Origin: Balanoglossus misakiensis | Taxonomy: Eukaryota; Animalia; Hemichordata | DNA length: 64,000 nucleotides | Assembly (NCBI GenBank): GCA_040954595.2 | Contig: CM082592.2 | Span: forward strand, 1,116,001-1,180,000 | Direction of reading: 5' to 3' | In this document: positions 52,700-64,000 of the stretch, in pieces | Layout of the letters: each line of letters starts with the position of its first letter | Position numbering within the stretch: the first letter of the stretch is position 1 | Notes under the pieces: generated by a model | Seen by the model: the letters and a program-made list of their open reading frames with translations, nothing else | Told to the model about the DNA's origin: nothing | The model's database searches: none | Position numbers and translations under genes: made by a program

Positions 52700-55488
52700 T
52701 ATAGCTGCAAGCAGCGATGACGGGCCCAAGCTTAAGCCGAAGGTCAAAGGTCATAAGAGGTCACCCGAAATTTGGGCAAGAAATTTTGACCCCCATACTG
52801 GTCCGTGTCCCACAAGAACAAAATCTCTAGCCCTATTGGTTCGCCTACAATTAGGTATGCGCATAATTAATGAGATAAAGTGTAAGGCTCCATCAGGAGT
52901 TCCATCCCTCCAAATGCCAAGGCTGTATCTGCTGTGGATGCCGAGATATGGTAAAGTAGGTCAAAGGTCACCTGAGGTCACCCAAAATTTGGGCAAAAAA
53001 TTTTGACCCCATACTGGTCCATGGTCAGCATAAATCAAACCTCTAGCCCTATTGCTTAGCCTGGAATTAGGTATGCACATAATTAATGAGATAAGCAGGT
53101 GTCACAGGTGACCCCAATTTTGGCTTTTCAATTTTAGTCCCAACCCTCCAAACGCCAAGTCTGTACCTGCTCTGGATGCGGAGATATAGGAAAGTAGGTC
53201 AAAGGTCACCTGAGGTCACCCAAAATTTGGGCAAGAAATTTTGACCCTATACTGGTCCATGTCCCACAAGAACGAAACCTCTAGCCCTCTTAGTTAACCC
53301 AGAATTAGGTATGCACATAATTAATGAGTTAAGCAGGTGTCACAGGTGACCCCCAGTGTTGCCTTTTCAATTTTAGTCCCAACCCTCCAAACGCCAAGTC
53401 TGTACCTGCTCTGGATGCCAAGATATAGGAAAGTAGGTCAAAGGTCACCTGAGGTCACCCAAAATTTGGGCAAGAAATTTTGACCCTATACTGGTCCATG
53501 TCCCACAAGAACGAAACCTCTAGCCCTCTTATTTAGCCCAGAATTAGGTATGCACATAATTAATGAGTTAAGCAGGTGTTACAGGTGAGCCTAAAATTGT
53601 GCCTTTTATTTTGGTGCCATTGTGCTCACCGACCAATAGACAGTCACTGTACAGGACTATTGCACAGACCAGAATTCCACAATAAGACATGGACATAGCT
53701 TATCCATAGAGGTATAAGTAAAGGTATTATTTAATAAAAAAATTAATATAAAAAAATCGGTCGATTTTTCATACTATTTTTTTTCGCTTAAAATTATTGA
53801 CAAATGCTAGGCTAGCTGCATACCAAAGTTGAAGAAGATTGGCCTGACAGATTTTGAGATATGTATGCATATTTATCCAAAATAATATGTGGTCATGGCT
53901 TTACTATGGAAAGTATAGGCCCATGGCTTGGTAAAAAATATGAAAAATAATACTTAAAAATCTTCTTCTCAAAATTGGAATGGCCAATGGCCTTGACATT
54001 TGGCATGTAGAACCCTGGCCACATGGTCCGCAAAAGTTGCTAAAAGAATTTTGATATCTCCATTCATATGCAAATTAGGTCGATTTGAAAACTTTGCCCA
54101 TATATGGTCATCAGGTCACGTGACTAATTTAACATTCACAAGGGTACTGCACTAGCTCTCATTGGCCTGCACCATTGTGCCAAATGTGAGATTTGTAGGT
54201 TCAGCCGTTTTCAAGATCTAGCTGGACAAAAAAATGACACAAGAAGAAGAAGAAGTAGAAGAAATATAGCTGCAAGCAGCAATAGCGGGCCCAAGCCAAC
54301 ATGCACATAGCAACATAGCAATAAGCATATCTGCTCTTGATGCCAAGATATGGTAAAGTAGGTCAAAGGTCAACTGAGGTCATGTTATATTTGGGCAAGA
54401 CATTTTTACCGTATACTGGTCCATGTTCAACAAAAACCAAACCTATAGCCCTATTGGTTAGCCTGGAATTAGGTATGCACATAATTAATGAGGTAGGCAG
54501 GTGTCACAGGTGACCCCCAATTTTGGCTTTTCACTTTCAGTCCTAACCCTCCAAACGCCAAGTTTGTACCTGCTCTTGATGCCAAGATATGGTAAAGTAG
54601 GTCAAAGGTCACCTGAGGTCATGCAAAATGTGGGCAAGAAATTTTGACCCTATACTGGTCCATCTTCAACAAAAACCAAACCTATAGCCCTATTGGTTAG
54701 CCTGGAATTAGGTATGCACATAATTAATGAGGTAGGCAGGTGTCACAGGTGACCCCCAATTTTAGCTTTTCAATTTTAGTCCCAACCCTCCAAACGCCAA
54801 GTCTGTACCTGCTCTGGATGCCAAGATCTGGTAAAGTAGGTCAAAGGTCACCTGAGGTCATGCAAAATGTGGACAAGAAATTTTGACCCTATACTGGTCC
54901 ATCTTCAACAAAAACCAAACCTATAGCCATATTGGTTAGCCTGGAATTAGGTATGCACATAATTAATCAGATATGCAGGTGTCACAGGTGACCTCCATTT
55001 TGGCTTTTCAATTTTAGTCCCAACTCTCCAAACGCCAAGTGTGTACCTTCTCTGGATGCCGAGATATAGGAAAGTAGGTCAAAGGTCACCTGAGGTCACC
55101 CAAAATTTGGCCCTGACATTTGGCATGTAGAACCCTGGCCATATGGTCTGTAAAACTTGCTAAAAGAATTTTGATATGTCCATTCATATGCAAATAAGGC
55201 CAATTTGAAAATTTTGTCCTTATATGGTCATCAGGTCACGTGACTAATTAAACATTCACAAGGGTACTGCACTAGCTCTCATTGGCCTGCACCATTGTGC
55301 CAGGTTTGAATTTGGTAGGTTTAGCCGTTTTCCAGATCTACCTGGCCGAAAAAACGACAGAAGAAGAAGAAGAAGAAGAAGAAAAAGAAAAACTCCAGTA
55401 AAAACAATAGGGCCCAAGCCTGCTGGGCTTGGGCCCTAAAAACCCCAGTAATACCAATAGGGCCCAAGCCTGCTGGGCTTGGGCCCTA
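52700..55488 (-). mobile_element. Two nested divergent-subfamily elements (type C at 52700-54263; internally deleted type D at 54264-55370) preceded by two matching variant heads
   Basis: The heads at 55408-55438 and 55458-55488 carry the CAGCA-loop variant also seen at 14991. Both bodies start with the type C sequence (..TAGATCT(T/G)GAAAACGGCT..). Confidence 0.8.
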
Positions 55489-55761
55489 AAAAACCCCAAC
55501 GAAACCAATAGGGCCCAAGCGCTGGTATGCGCTTGGGCCCTAAGAATTAAAAATTCCAACGAAACCAATAGGGCCCAAGCGCAAGCAAGCGCTTGGGCCC
55601 TAAAAATTCCAACGAAACCAATAGGGCCCAAGCGCTTGCGTGCGCTTGGGCCCTAAAAACCCCAACGAAACCAATAGGGCCCAAGCGCTGGTATGCGCTT
55701 GGGCCCTAAAAACCCCAACGAAACCAATAGGGCCCAAGCGCTGGTATGCGCTTGGGCCCTA
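55390..55761 (-). repeat. Stack of 7 element 5' heads
   Basis: Hairpins at ~55408, 55458, 55509, 55569, 55622, 55675 and 55728. Confidence 0.9.
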
Positions 55762-58700
55762 ATTAAAGCTGCAAGCAGCATTGTCGGGCCCAAGCGCTGA
55801 TCTTGAATTATATATGCACAGTGTGAATGAGAAGAAACAGAATTTTCTATCGGATGTATTATCTCATGACATAACAAGGATGTGTGTATTTTTGCTGCTG
55901 AAATAGGGTGAAGTAGGTCAAAGGTCACCTGAGGTCACCCAACATTTGGGTAATTTTTTTTTACCCATACTGGTCCATGTCCAACAAAAACCAAACCTCT
56001 AGGTCTATTGGTTCGCCTGTAATTAGCTATGCACATAATTAATGAGGTCAGCAGAGGTCAAAGGGGTCATGAAAAGTAGCAAAATATTTTGATCACACAC
56101 TAATCCACATTCATCAAAAACCAAACGTCTAGCCCTACAGGTTAGCCTGGAATTAGATATGCAGAAATAATAACGCGTGATAAGTAGGTCAAAGGTCATG
56201 TGAAAAATCGCCAAAAAATTGTAACATATTTTAGTCACATGACGATTGATATCAATAAAAAGAATTTGTATGCTATCAATTTTTAGACTAGAAAAAGGAA
56301 TTTCAATTTTTCACTGCTTTTTACGAAATCCAATATGGCCGCCATAATCTTCGACCAATCACAATGTTCTATGCAAACTTGATAGACATCAGTGTAGTGA
56401 CCATACTCCCCGAATCTTGCGACTCAGTCATCGCCCGTTCTGGAGAAGAAGATTTTTGGAGTTTAACTATGGTTTTTCGAAAATCCAATATGGCCGCCAT
56501 AATCTTCAGCCAATCACAATGATCTTCGCAAACTTGATAGACATCAGTTAGGTGACCACATACCCCAAACCCCGTGTCTCGGTTATCACCGGTTCTGGAG
56601 AAGAAGATTTTTGAAATTTAAGCCAGATTTCAGAAAAAAAATTGTAGCAAAAAAACTGCAACACTGTAGCAAAATTTCCAATTACAAAAATGATGGGTAG
56701 AAGGTAGTCTACCTGCATGCCAAATTTGAAGTCGATCTGACTTGTAGTTTCTGAGATCTGAGATTTGATTTTTTTCAGAAAATCCAATATGGCCGCCAGG
56801 TCACGTGACTAATTAAGTATTCACAAGTCACTGCACATCTACTCATAGACCTTGACCACTGTAGCAAGTTTGAGCAGTGTACCTGCAGTAGTTTCAGAGA
56901 TTTAGTTGGCCGAAGAATTGACACAAGAATAAAGAAAGAATTAAAGCTGCAAGCAGCATTGTCCGGGCCCAAGCTCTATTATCTGATCTGATTATTAGAT
57001 ATGCACATAATTAATGAATAGAAACATAATGCTGTGTTTTATCCCAAGATCTATCAAGGTTATATCTATGTTTGGTGCTGATATAGTGTTAAGTAGGTCA
57101 AAGGCACCCAGGGGTCACCCACAATTTGAGGAGAATATTTTGACCCATAGTGGTCCATGTCCAATAAAAACCAGACCTCTAGCCCTTTTGGTTAGCCCGG
57201 AATTAGGTATGTACATAAATAATGAGTTAAGCAGGTGTCACAGGTGACCCAAAACATTGGCTTTTCATTATGGCCCCATATCTCCAAATGCCAAGGCTGT
57301 ACCTGCTTTGGATGCCGAGATATGCAAAAGTAGGTCAAAGGTCATCTGAGGTCACCCAAAATTTGGGCAGAAAATGTTTACCCATAGTGGTCCATGTCCA
57401 ATAAAAACCAGACCTCTAGCTGTATTGGTTCACCTGTAATCAGTTATGCACATAATTAATGAGGTCAGCAGAGGTCACAGGTGACCCAAAACTTTGGCTT
57501 TTCATTATGGCCCCATATCTGCAAATGCCAAGGCTGTACCTGCTTTGGATGCCGAGATATGCAAAAGTAGGTCAAAGGTCACCGGAGGTCACCCAACATT
57601 TGGGCAAAATATTTTGACCCCATACTGATCCATGTCCAAAAAACCCCAAACCTTTAGGTCTATTGGTTAATCTGTAATTAGGTATGCGCATATTTAATGA
57701 GGTCACCAGAGGTCAAAGGGGTCATGAAAAGTAGCAAAATTTTTTGATCACGTACAAATCCACATACATCAAAAACCAAACTTATAGCCCTATTGGTTAG
57801 CCTGGAATTAGATATGCAGAAAAATGATTTGTCAAAAGTAGGTCAAAGGTCATTGCCAAAATTACCAAAATATTTATAGCTTATTCTTGTCATATGATGA
57901 TTCATATCCATAAAAAGAATTTCTGTGCTATCAATTTTTGGGCTAGAAAAGGAATTTTTACTTTTTAATCGTTTTTCACAAAATCCAATATGGCCGCCAT
58001 AATCTTCGACCAATCACATTCCCCTTCGCAAACTTGATAGACATCTGTTTAATGATCACACACACCAAATCTTGTGACTCGGTTATCGCCAGTTCTGGAG
58101 AAGAAGATTTTTGAAGTTTTACTATGGTTTTTCGAAAATCCAATATGGCCGCCATAATCTTCGACCAATCACAATGATCTTCGCAAACTTGATAGACATC
58201 TGTTAGGTGACCACATACCCCAAACGGCGTGACTCGGTTATCGTCGGTTCTGGAGAAGAAGATTTTTGAAATTTAAGCCAGATTTCAGAAAAAAAATTGT
58301 AGCAAAAAAACTGCAACATTGTCAGCATAATTTCCAATTACAAAAATGATAGGCAAAAGGTAGTCTACCAGCATGCCAAATTTGAAGTTGATCTGACTTG
58401 TAGTTTCTGAGATCTGAGATTTGCATTTTTTTAGAAAATCCAAGATGGCCGCCAGGTCACGTGACTAATTAAAAATTCACAGGTTCAATGCACGACTACT
58501 CATTGACCTTGACCACTGTAGCAAGTTTCAGAAGTGTACCTGCAGCGGTGTCTGAGATCTAGAGCGACAAAGAATTGACACAAGAATAAAGAAAGAAAGA
58601 AGAAAGAAGGAAAGACAGATTAAAGCTGCAAGCAGCATTGTCCGGGCCCAAGCTCTATTATCTGATCTGATTATTAGAAATGCACATAATTAATGAGTAG

Positions 58701-61700
58701 AAACATCAAAGGTCACCCAGGGGTCATCCACAATTTGGGCAGAACATTTTGACCCATAGTGGTCCATGTCCAACAAAAACCAGACCTCTAGCCATTTTGG
58801 TTAGCCCGTAATTAGGTATGCACATAAATAATGAGTAAAGCAGGTGTCACAGGTGACCCAAAACTTTGGCTTTTCATTATGGCCCCATACCTCCAAATGC
58901 CAAGGCTGTATCTGCTGTGGATGTCGAGATATGCAAAAGTAGGTCAAAGGTCACCCGAGGTCACCCAACATTTTGGCAAAATATTTTGACCCCATACTGG
59001 TCCATGTATAACAAAAACAAAATCTCTAGGTCTATCGGTTCATCTGTAATTAGTTATGTGCATATTTAATGAGGTCAGCAGAGGTCAAAGGGGTCATGAA
59101 AAGTAGCAAAATTTTTTGATCACATACAAATCCACATACATCAAAAACCAAACTTATAGCCCTATTGGTTAGCCTGGAATTAGATATGCAGAAAAATGAT
59201 TCGTCAAAAGTAGGTCAAAGGTCATTGCCAAAATTACCAAAATATTTATAGCTTATTCTTGTCATATGATGATTCATATCCATAAAAAGAATTTCTGTGC
59301 TATCAATTTTTAGGCTAGAAACGGAATTTTTACTTTTTAATCGTTGTTCACAAAATCCAATATGGCCGCCAAAATCTTCGACCAATCACAATGATCTTCG
59401 CAAACTTGATAGACATCAGTGTAGTGACCATACTCCCCAAATCTTGTGACTCGGTTATCGCTGGTTCTTGAGAAGAAGATTTTTGAAATTTTACTAGGGT
59501 TTTTCGAAAATCCAATATGGCCGCCATAATCTTCCACCAATCACAATGATCTTCGCAAACTTGATAGACCTCAGTTTGGTGACCACATACCCCAAACCGC
59601 GTGACTCGGTTATCGCCGGTTCTGGAGAAGAAGATTTTTGAAATTTTGACCAGATTTCAGAAAAACAACTGTAGCAAAAAAACTGCAACATTGACAGCAA
59701 AATATCCAATTACAAAAATGATGGGTAGAAGGTAGACTACCTGCACACCAAGTTTGAAGTCGATCTGACTTGTAGTTTCTGAGATCTGAGATTTGCATTT
59801 TTTCAGAAAATCTAATATGGCCGCCAGGTCACGTGACTAATTAAAAATTCAAGGGTTCAATGCACATCTACTCATTGACCTTGACCACTGTAGCAAGTTT
59901 GAGAAGTGTACCTGCAGTGGTGTCTGAGATCTAGAGCGACAAAGAATTGACACAAGAATAAAGAAAGATTAAAGCTGCAAGCAGCATTGTCCGGGCCCAA
60001 GCTCTATTATCTGATCTGATTATTAGATATGCACGTAATTAATGAGTAGAAACATAATGCTGTGTTTTATCCCATGAAATATCAAGGTTATATCTATGTT
60101 TGGTGCTGATACAGTGTTAAGTAGGTCAAAGGTCATCCAGGGGTCACCCACAATTTGGGCAGAATATTTTGACCTATAGTGGTCCATGTCCAACAAAAAC
60201 CACACCTCTAGCCCTTTTGTTTAGCCTGGAATTAGGTATGCACATAATTAATGAATTAAGCAGGTGTCACAGGTGACCCAAAACTTTGGCTTTTCATTAT
60301 GGCCCCATACCTCCAAACGCCAAGGCTGTATCTGCTGTGGATGCTGAGATATGCGAAAGTAGGTCAAAGGTCACCAGAGGTCACCCAACATTTGGGTAAA
60401 AAATTTTGACCCCATTCTTGTCCTGTCCAACAAAAACAAAACATCTAGGTCTATTGGTTCACCTGTAATTAGCTATGCACATAATTAATGAGGTCAGCAG
60501 AGGTCAAAGGGGTCATGAAAAGTAGCAAAATTTTTTGATCACATACAAATCCACATACATCAAAAACCAAACTTATAGCCCTATTGGTTAGCCTGGAATT
60601 AGATATGCAGAAAAATGATGCATCAAAAGTAGGTCAAAGGTCATTGCCAAAATTACCAAAAAATTTATAGCTTATTCTTGTCATATGATGATTCATATCC
60701 ATAAAAAGAATTTCTCTGCTATCAATTTTTAGGCTAGAAAGGGAATTTTTACTTTTTAAACATTTTTCACAAAATCCAATATGGCCGCCATAATCTTCGA
60801 CCAATCACATTCCTCTTCGCAAACTTGCAAGACATCTGTTTAATGACCACACACACTAAATCTTGTGACTCGGTTATCGCCGGTTCTTGAGAAGAAGATT
60901 TTTGAAATTTTACTAGGGTTTTTCGAAAATCCAATATGGCCGCCATAATCTTCGACCAATCACAATGATCTTCGCAAACTTGATAGACATTAGATAGGTG
61001 ACCACATACCCGAAACCCCGTGTCTCGGTTATCACCGGTTCTGGAGAAGAAGATTTTTGAAATTTCAGCCGGATTTCAGAAAAAAAATTGTAGCAAAAAA
61101 ACTGCAACATTGACGGCAAAATATCCAATTACAAAAATGATGGGTAGAAGGTAGACTACCTGCACACCAAATTTGAAGTCGATCTGACTTGTAGTTTCTG
61201 AGATCTGAGATTTGCATTTTTTCAGAAAATCCAATATGGCCGCCAGGTCACGTGACTAATTAAAAATTCAAGGGTTCAATGCACGACTACTCATTGACCT
61301 TGACCACTGTAGCAAGTTTGAGAACTGTACCTGCAGTGGTGTCTGAGATCTAGAGCGACAAAGAATTGACACAAGAATAAAGAAAGAATTAAAGCTGCAA
61401 GCAGCATTGTCCGGGCCCAAGCTCTATTATCTGATCTGATGCTGATATAGTGTTAAGTAGATCAAAGGTCACCCGAGGTCACCCAACATTTAGGCAAAAT
61501 ATTTTGACCCCATACTGGTCCATGTATAACAAAAACAAAACCTCTAGGTCTACTGGTTCATCATTAATTAGGTATGTGCATATTTAATGAGGTCAGCAGG
61601 GGTCAAAGGGGTCACAAAAAGTAGCAAAATATTTTGATCACACACTAATCCACATACATCAAAAACCAAACTTATAGCCCTATTGGTTAGCCTGGAATTA

Positions 61701-64000
61701 GATATGCAGAAAAATGATGTGTCAAAAGTAGGTCAAAGGTCATTGCCAAAATTACCAAAATATTTATAGCATATTCTTGTCATATGATGATTCATATCCA
61801 TAAAAAGAATTTCTGTGCTATCAATTTTTAGGCTAGAAAGGGAATTTTTACTTTTTAATCGTTTTTCACAAAATCCAATATGGCCGCCATAATCTTCGAC
61901 CAATCACATTCCTCTTCGCAAACTTGATAGACATCTGTTTAATGACCACACACACCAAATCTTGTGACTCGGTTATCGCCGGTTCTTGAGAAGAAGATTT
62001 TTGAAATTTTACTAAGGTTTTACGAAAATCCAATATGGCCGCCATAATCTTCGACCAATCACAAAGATCTTCGCAAACTTGATAGACATCAGATAGGTGA
62101 CTACATACCCTAAACCCCGTGTCTCGGTTATCACCAGTTCTAGAGAAGAAGATTTTTGAAATTTAAGCCGGATTTCAGAAAAAAAATTGTAGCAAAAAAA
62201 CTGCAACATTGACAGCAAAATATCCAATTACAAAAATGATGGGTAGAAGGTAGACTACCTGCACACCAAATTTGAAGTCGATCTGACTTGTAGTTTCTGA
62301 GATCTAAGATTTGCATTTTTTCAGAAAATCCAATATGGCCGCCAGGTCACGTGACCAATTAAAAATTCAAGGGTTCAATGCACATCTACTCATTGACCTT
62401 GACCACTGTAGCAAGTTTCAGAAGTGTACCTGCAGCGGTGTCTGAGATCTAGAGCGACAAAGAATTGACACAAGAAAAAAGAAAGAAAGAAAGAAAGAAA
62501 GACAGAAAAACCCCAACGAAACCAATAGGGCCCAAGCGCTGGCTTGCGCTTGGGCCTTAATTAAAGCTGCAAGCAGCATTGTCCGGGCCCAAGCTCTATT
62601 ATCTGATCAGATTATTAGATATGCACATAATTAATGAGTAGAAACATAATGCTGTGTTTTATCCCATGAAATATCAAGGTTATATCTATGTTTGGTGCTG
62701 ATATAGTGTTAAGTAGGTCAAAGGTCATCTGAGGTCACCCAAAATTTGTGCAGAAAATTTTGACCCATAGTGGTCCATGTCCAACAAAAACCAGACCTCT
62801 AGCCCTTTTGGTTAGCCCGGAATTAGGTATGCACATAAATAGTGAGTAAAGCAGGCGTCACAGGTGACCCAAAACTTTGGCTTTTCATTATGGCCCCATA
62901 CCTCCAAATGCCAAGGCTGTGCCTGCTTTGGATGCTGAGATATGCAAAAGTAGGTCAAAGGTCATCTGAGGTCATCCAAAATTTGGGCAAAAAATTTTGA
63001 CCCCATACTGGTCCATGTCCAACAAAAACCAAACCTCTAGCTCAATTGGTTCGCCTGTAATTAGCTATGCACATAATTAATGAGGTCAGCAGAGGTCAAA
63101 GGGGTCATGAAAAGTAGCAAAATATTTTGATCACACACTAATCCACATGCATCAAAAACAAAACGTCTAGCCCTATAGGTTAGCCTGGAAATAGATATGC
63201 AGAAATAATAATGTGTGAAAAGTAGGTCAAAGGTCATGTGAAAAATCGCCAAAAATTTGTAACATATTGTAGTCATATGACGATTGATATCCATAAAAAG
63301 AATTTGTATGCTATTAATTTTTATACTAGAAAAAGGAATTTTAATTTTTCACTGCTTTTTACAAAATCCAATATGGCCGCCATAATCTTCGACCAATCAC
63401 ATTCCTCTTCCCAAACTTGATAGACATCTGTTTAATGAACACACACACCAAATCTTGCGACTCGGTTATCGCCGGTTCTTGAGAAGAAGATTTTTGAAAT
63501 TTTACTAGGGTTTTTCGAAAATCCAATATGGCCGCCATAATCTTCGACCAATCACAATGATCTTCGCAAACTTGATAGACATCAGTTAGGTGACCACATA
63601 CCCCAAACCCCGTGTCTCGGTTATCACCGGTTCTGGAGAAGAAGATTTTTGAAATTTAAGCCAGATTTCAGAAAAAAAATTGTAGCAAAAAAACTGCAAC
63701 TTTGTCAGCATAATTTCCAATTACAAAAATGATTGACAGAAGGTAGTCTACCTGCACGCCAAATTTGAAGTTGATCTGACTTGTAGTTTCTGAGATCTGA
63801 GATTTGCATTTTTTCAGAAAATCCAAGATGGCCGCCAGGTCATGTGACTAATTAAAAATTCATGGGTTCAATGCACGACTACTCATTGACCTTGACCACT
63901 GTAGCAAGTTTGAGAACTGTACCTGCAGTGGTGTCTGAGATCTAGAGCGACAAAGAATTGACAGAAGAATAAAGAAAGAAGAAAGAAAGAAAGAATTAAA

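Larger units (their letters stand above)
34259..64000 (-). mobile_element. Right nest of the same Helentron-like family in the opposite orientation: 13 heads and 20 complete 3' termini in the window; continues past the window edge
   Basis: Reverse-complement 3' termini (T(T/A)AAAGCTGCAAGCAGC..GGGCCCAAGC) begin near 34786, 36217, 37653, 39394, 41322, 42694, 44112, 45542, 47005, 48435, 49864, 51275, 52700, 54264, 55763, 56941, 58620, 59969, 61389 and 62561. Heads lie at ~39359, 41288, 42605, 42659, 46970, seven at 55408-55761, and 62526. Confidence 0.85.

Noticed and set aside
2920-63420. Dozens of recurring 60-150 aa ORFs in the arrays (MQISDLRNYKSD..., MAFHYGPIPP..., MDINRH...)
   Set aside because: They recur only because the DNA repeats. 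Frames open and close with homopolymer indels, they occur on both strands, and no domain is recognisable.
3087-64000. A single giant palindrome made by one inverted duplication
   Set aside because: The order of subfamilies, head stacks and length variants is not mirror-symmetric about the island, and the 15741 insertion is absent from the right-arm sister copy.

Overview
Metazoan genomic DNA, probably from a marine invertebrate (inferred from the element families and gene structure), more than 90% repetitive. From left to right: (1) the 3' part of a non-LTR retrotransposon, with a reverse transcriptase carrying one frameshift and an AATAAA+(TAT)n tail (1-1443); (2) a degenerate repeat region containing a tRNA-like cloverleaf (2015-2088, minus strand); (3) a ~29.5 kb plus-oriented array (3087-32592) and a >29.7 kb minus-oriented array (34259-64000) of ~1.1-1.9 kb non-coding units. 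These units have the terminal architecture of non-autonomous Helentrons (HINE/DINE-1-like): a 5' hairpin containing GGGCCCAAGC, a T-rich microsatellite, ~110-120 bp internal repeats, a 3' GCTTGGGCCC subTIR plus GCTGC-TT-GCAGC stem-loop, and insertion into T-runs. The arrays are not simple head-to-tail satellites. The 5' heads are stacked in clusters followed by runs of headless bodies in roughly balanced numbers, which is the pattern expected from repeated Russian-doll insertion of each element into the microsatellite of an earlier one. The two nests converge on a 1.67 kb unique island holding two spliceable, in-frame exons (33627-33509 and 33063-32848, minus strand) of a C-type lectin domain resembling the N-terminus of Uninflatable-type proteins. 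Smaller TIR insertions lie at 15741-16507 (9-bp TSD, empty site visible in a sister copy), 33100-33295 and possibly 34108-34231. All counts and alignments were made by eye; no searches were run.
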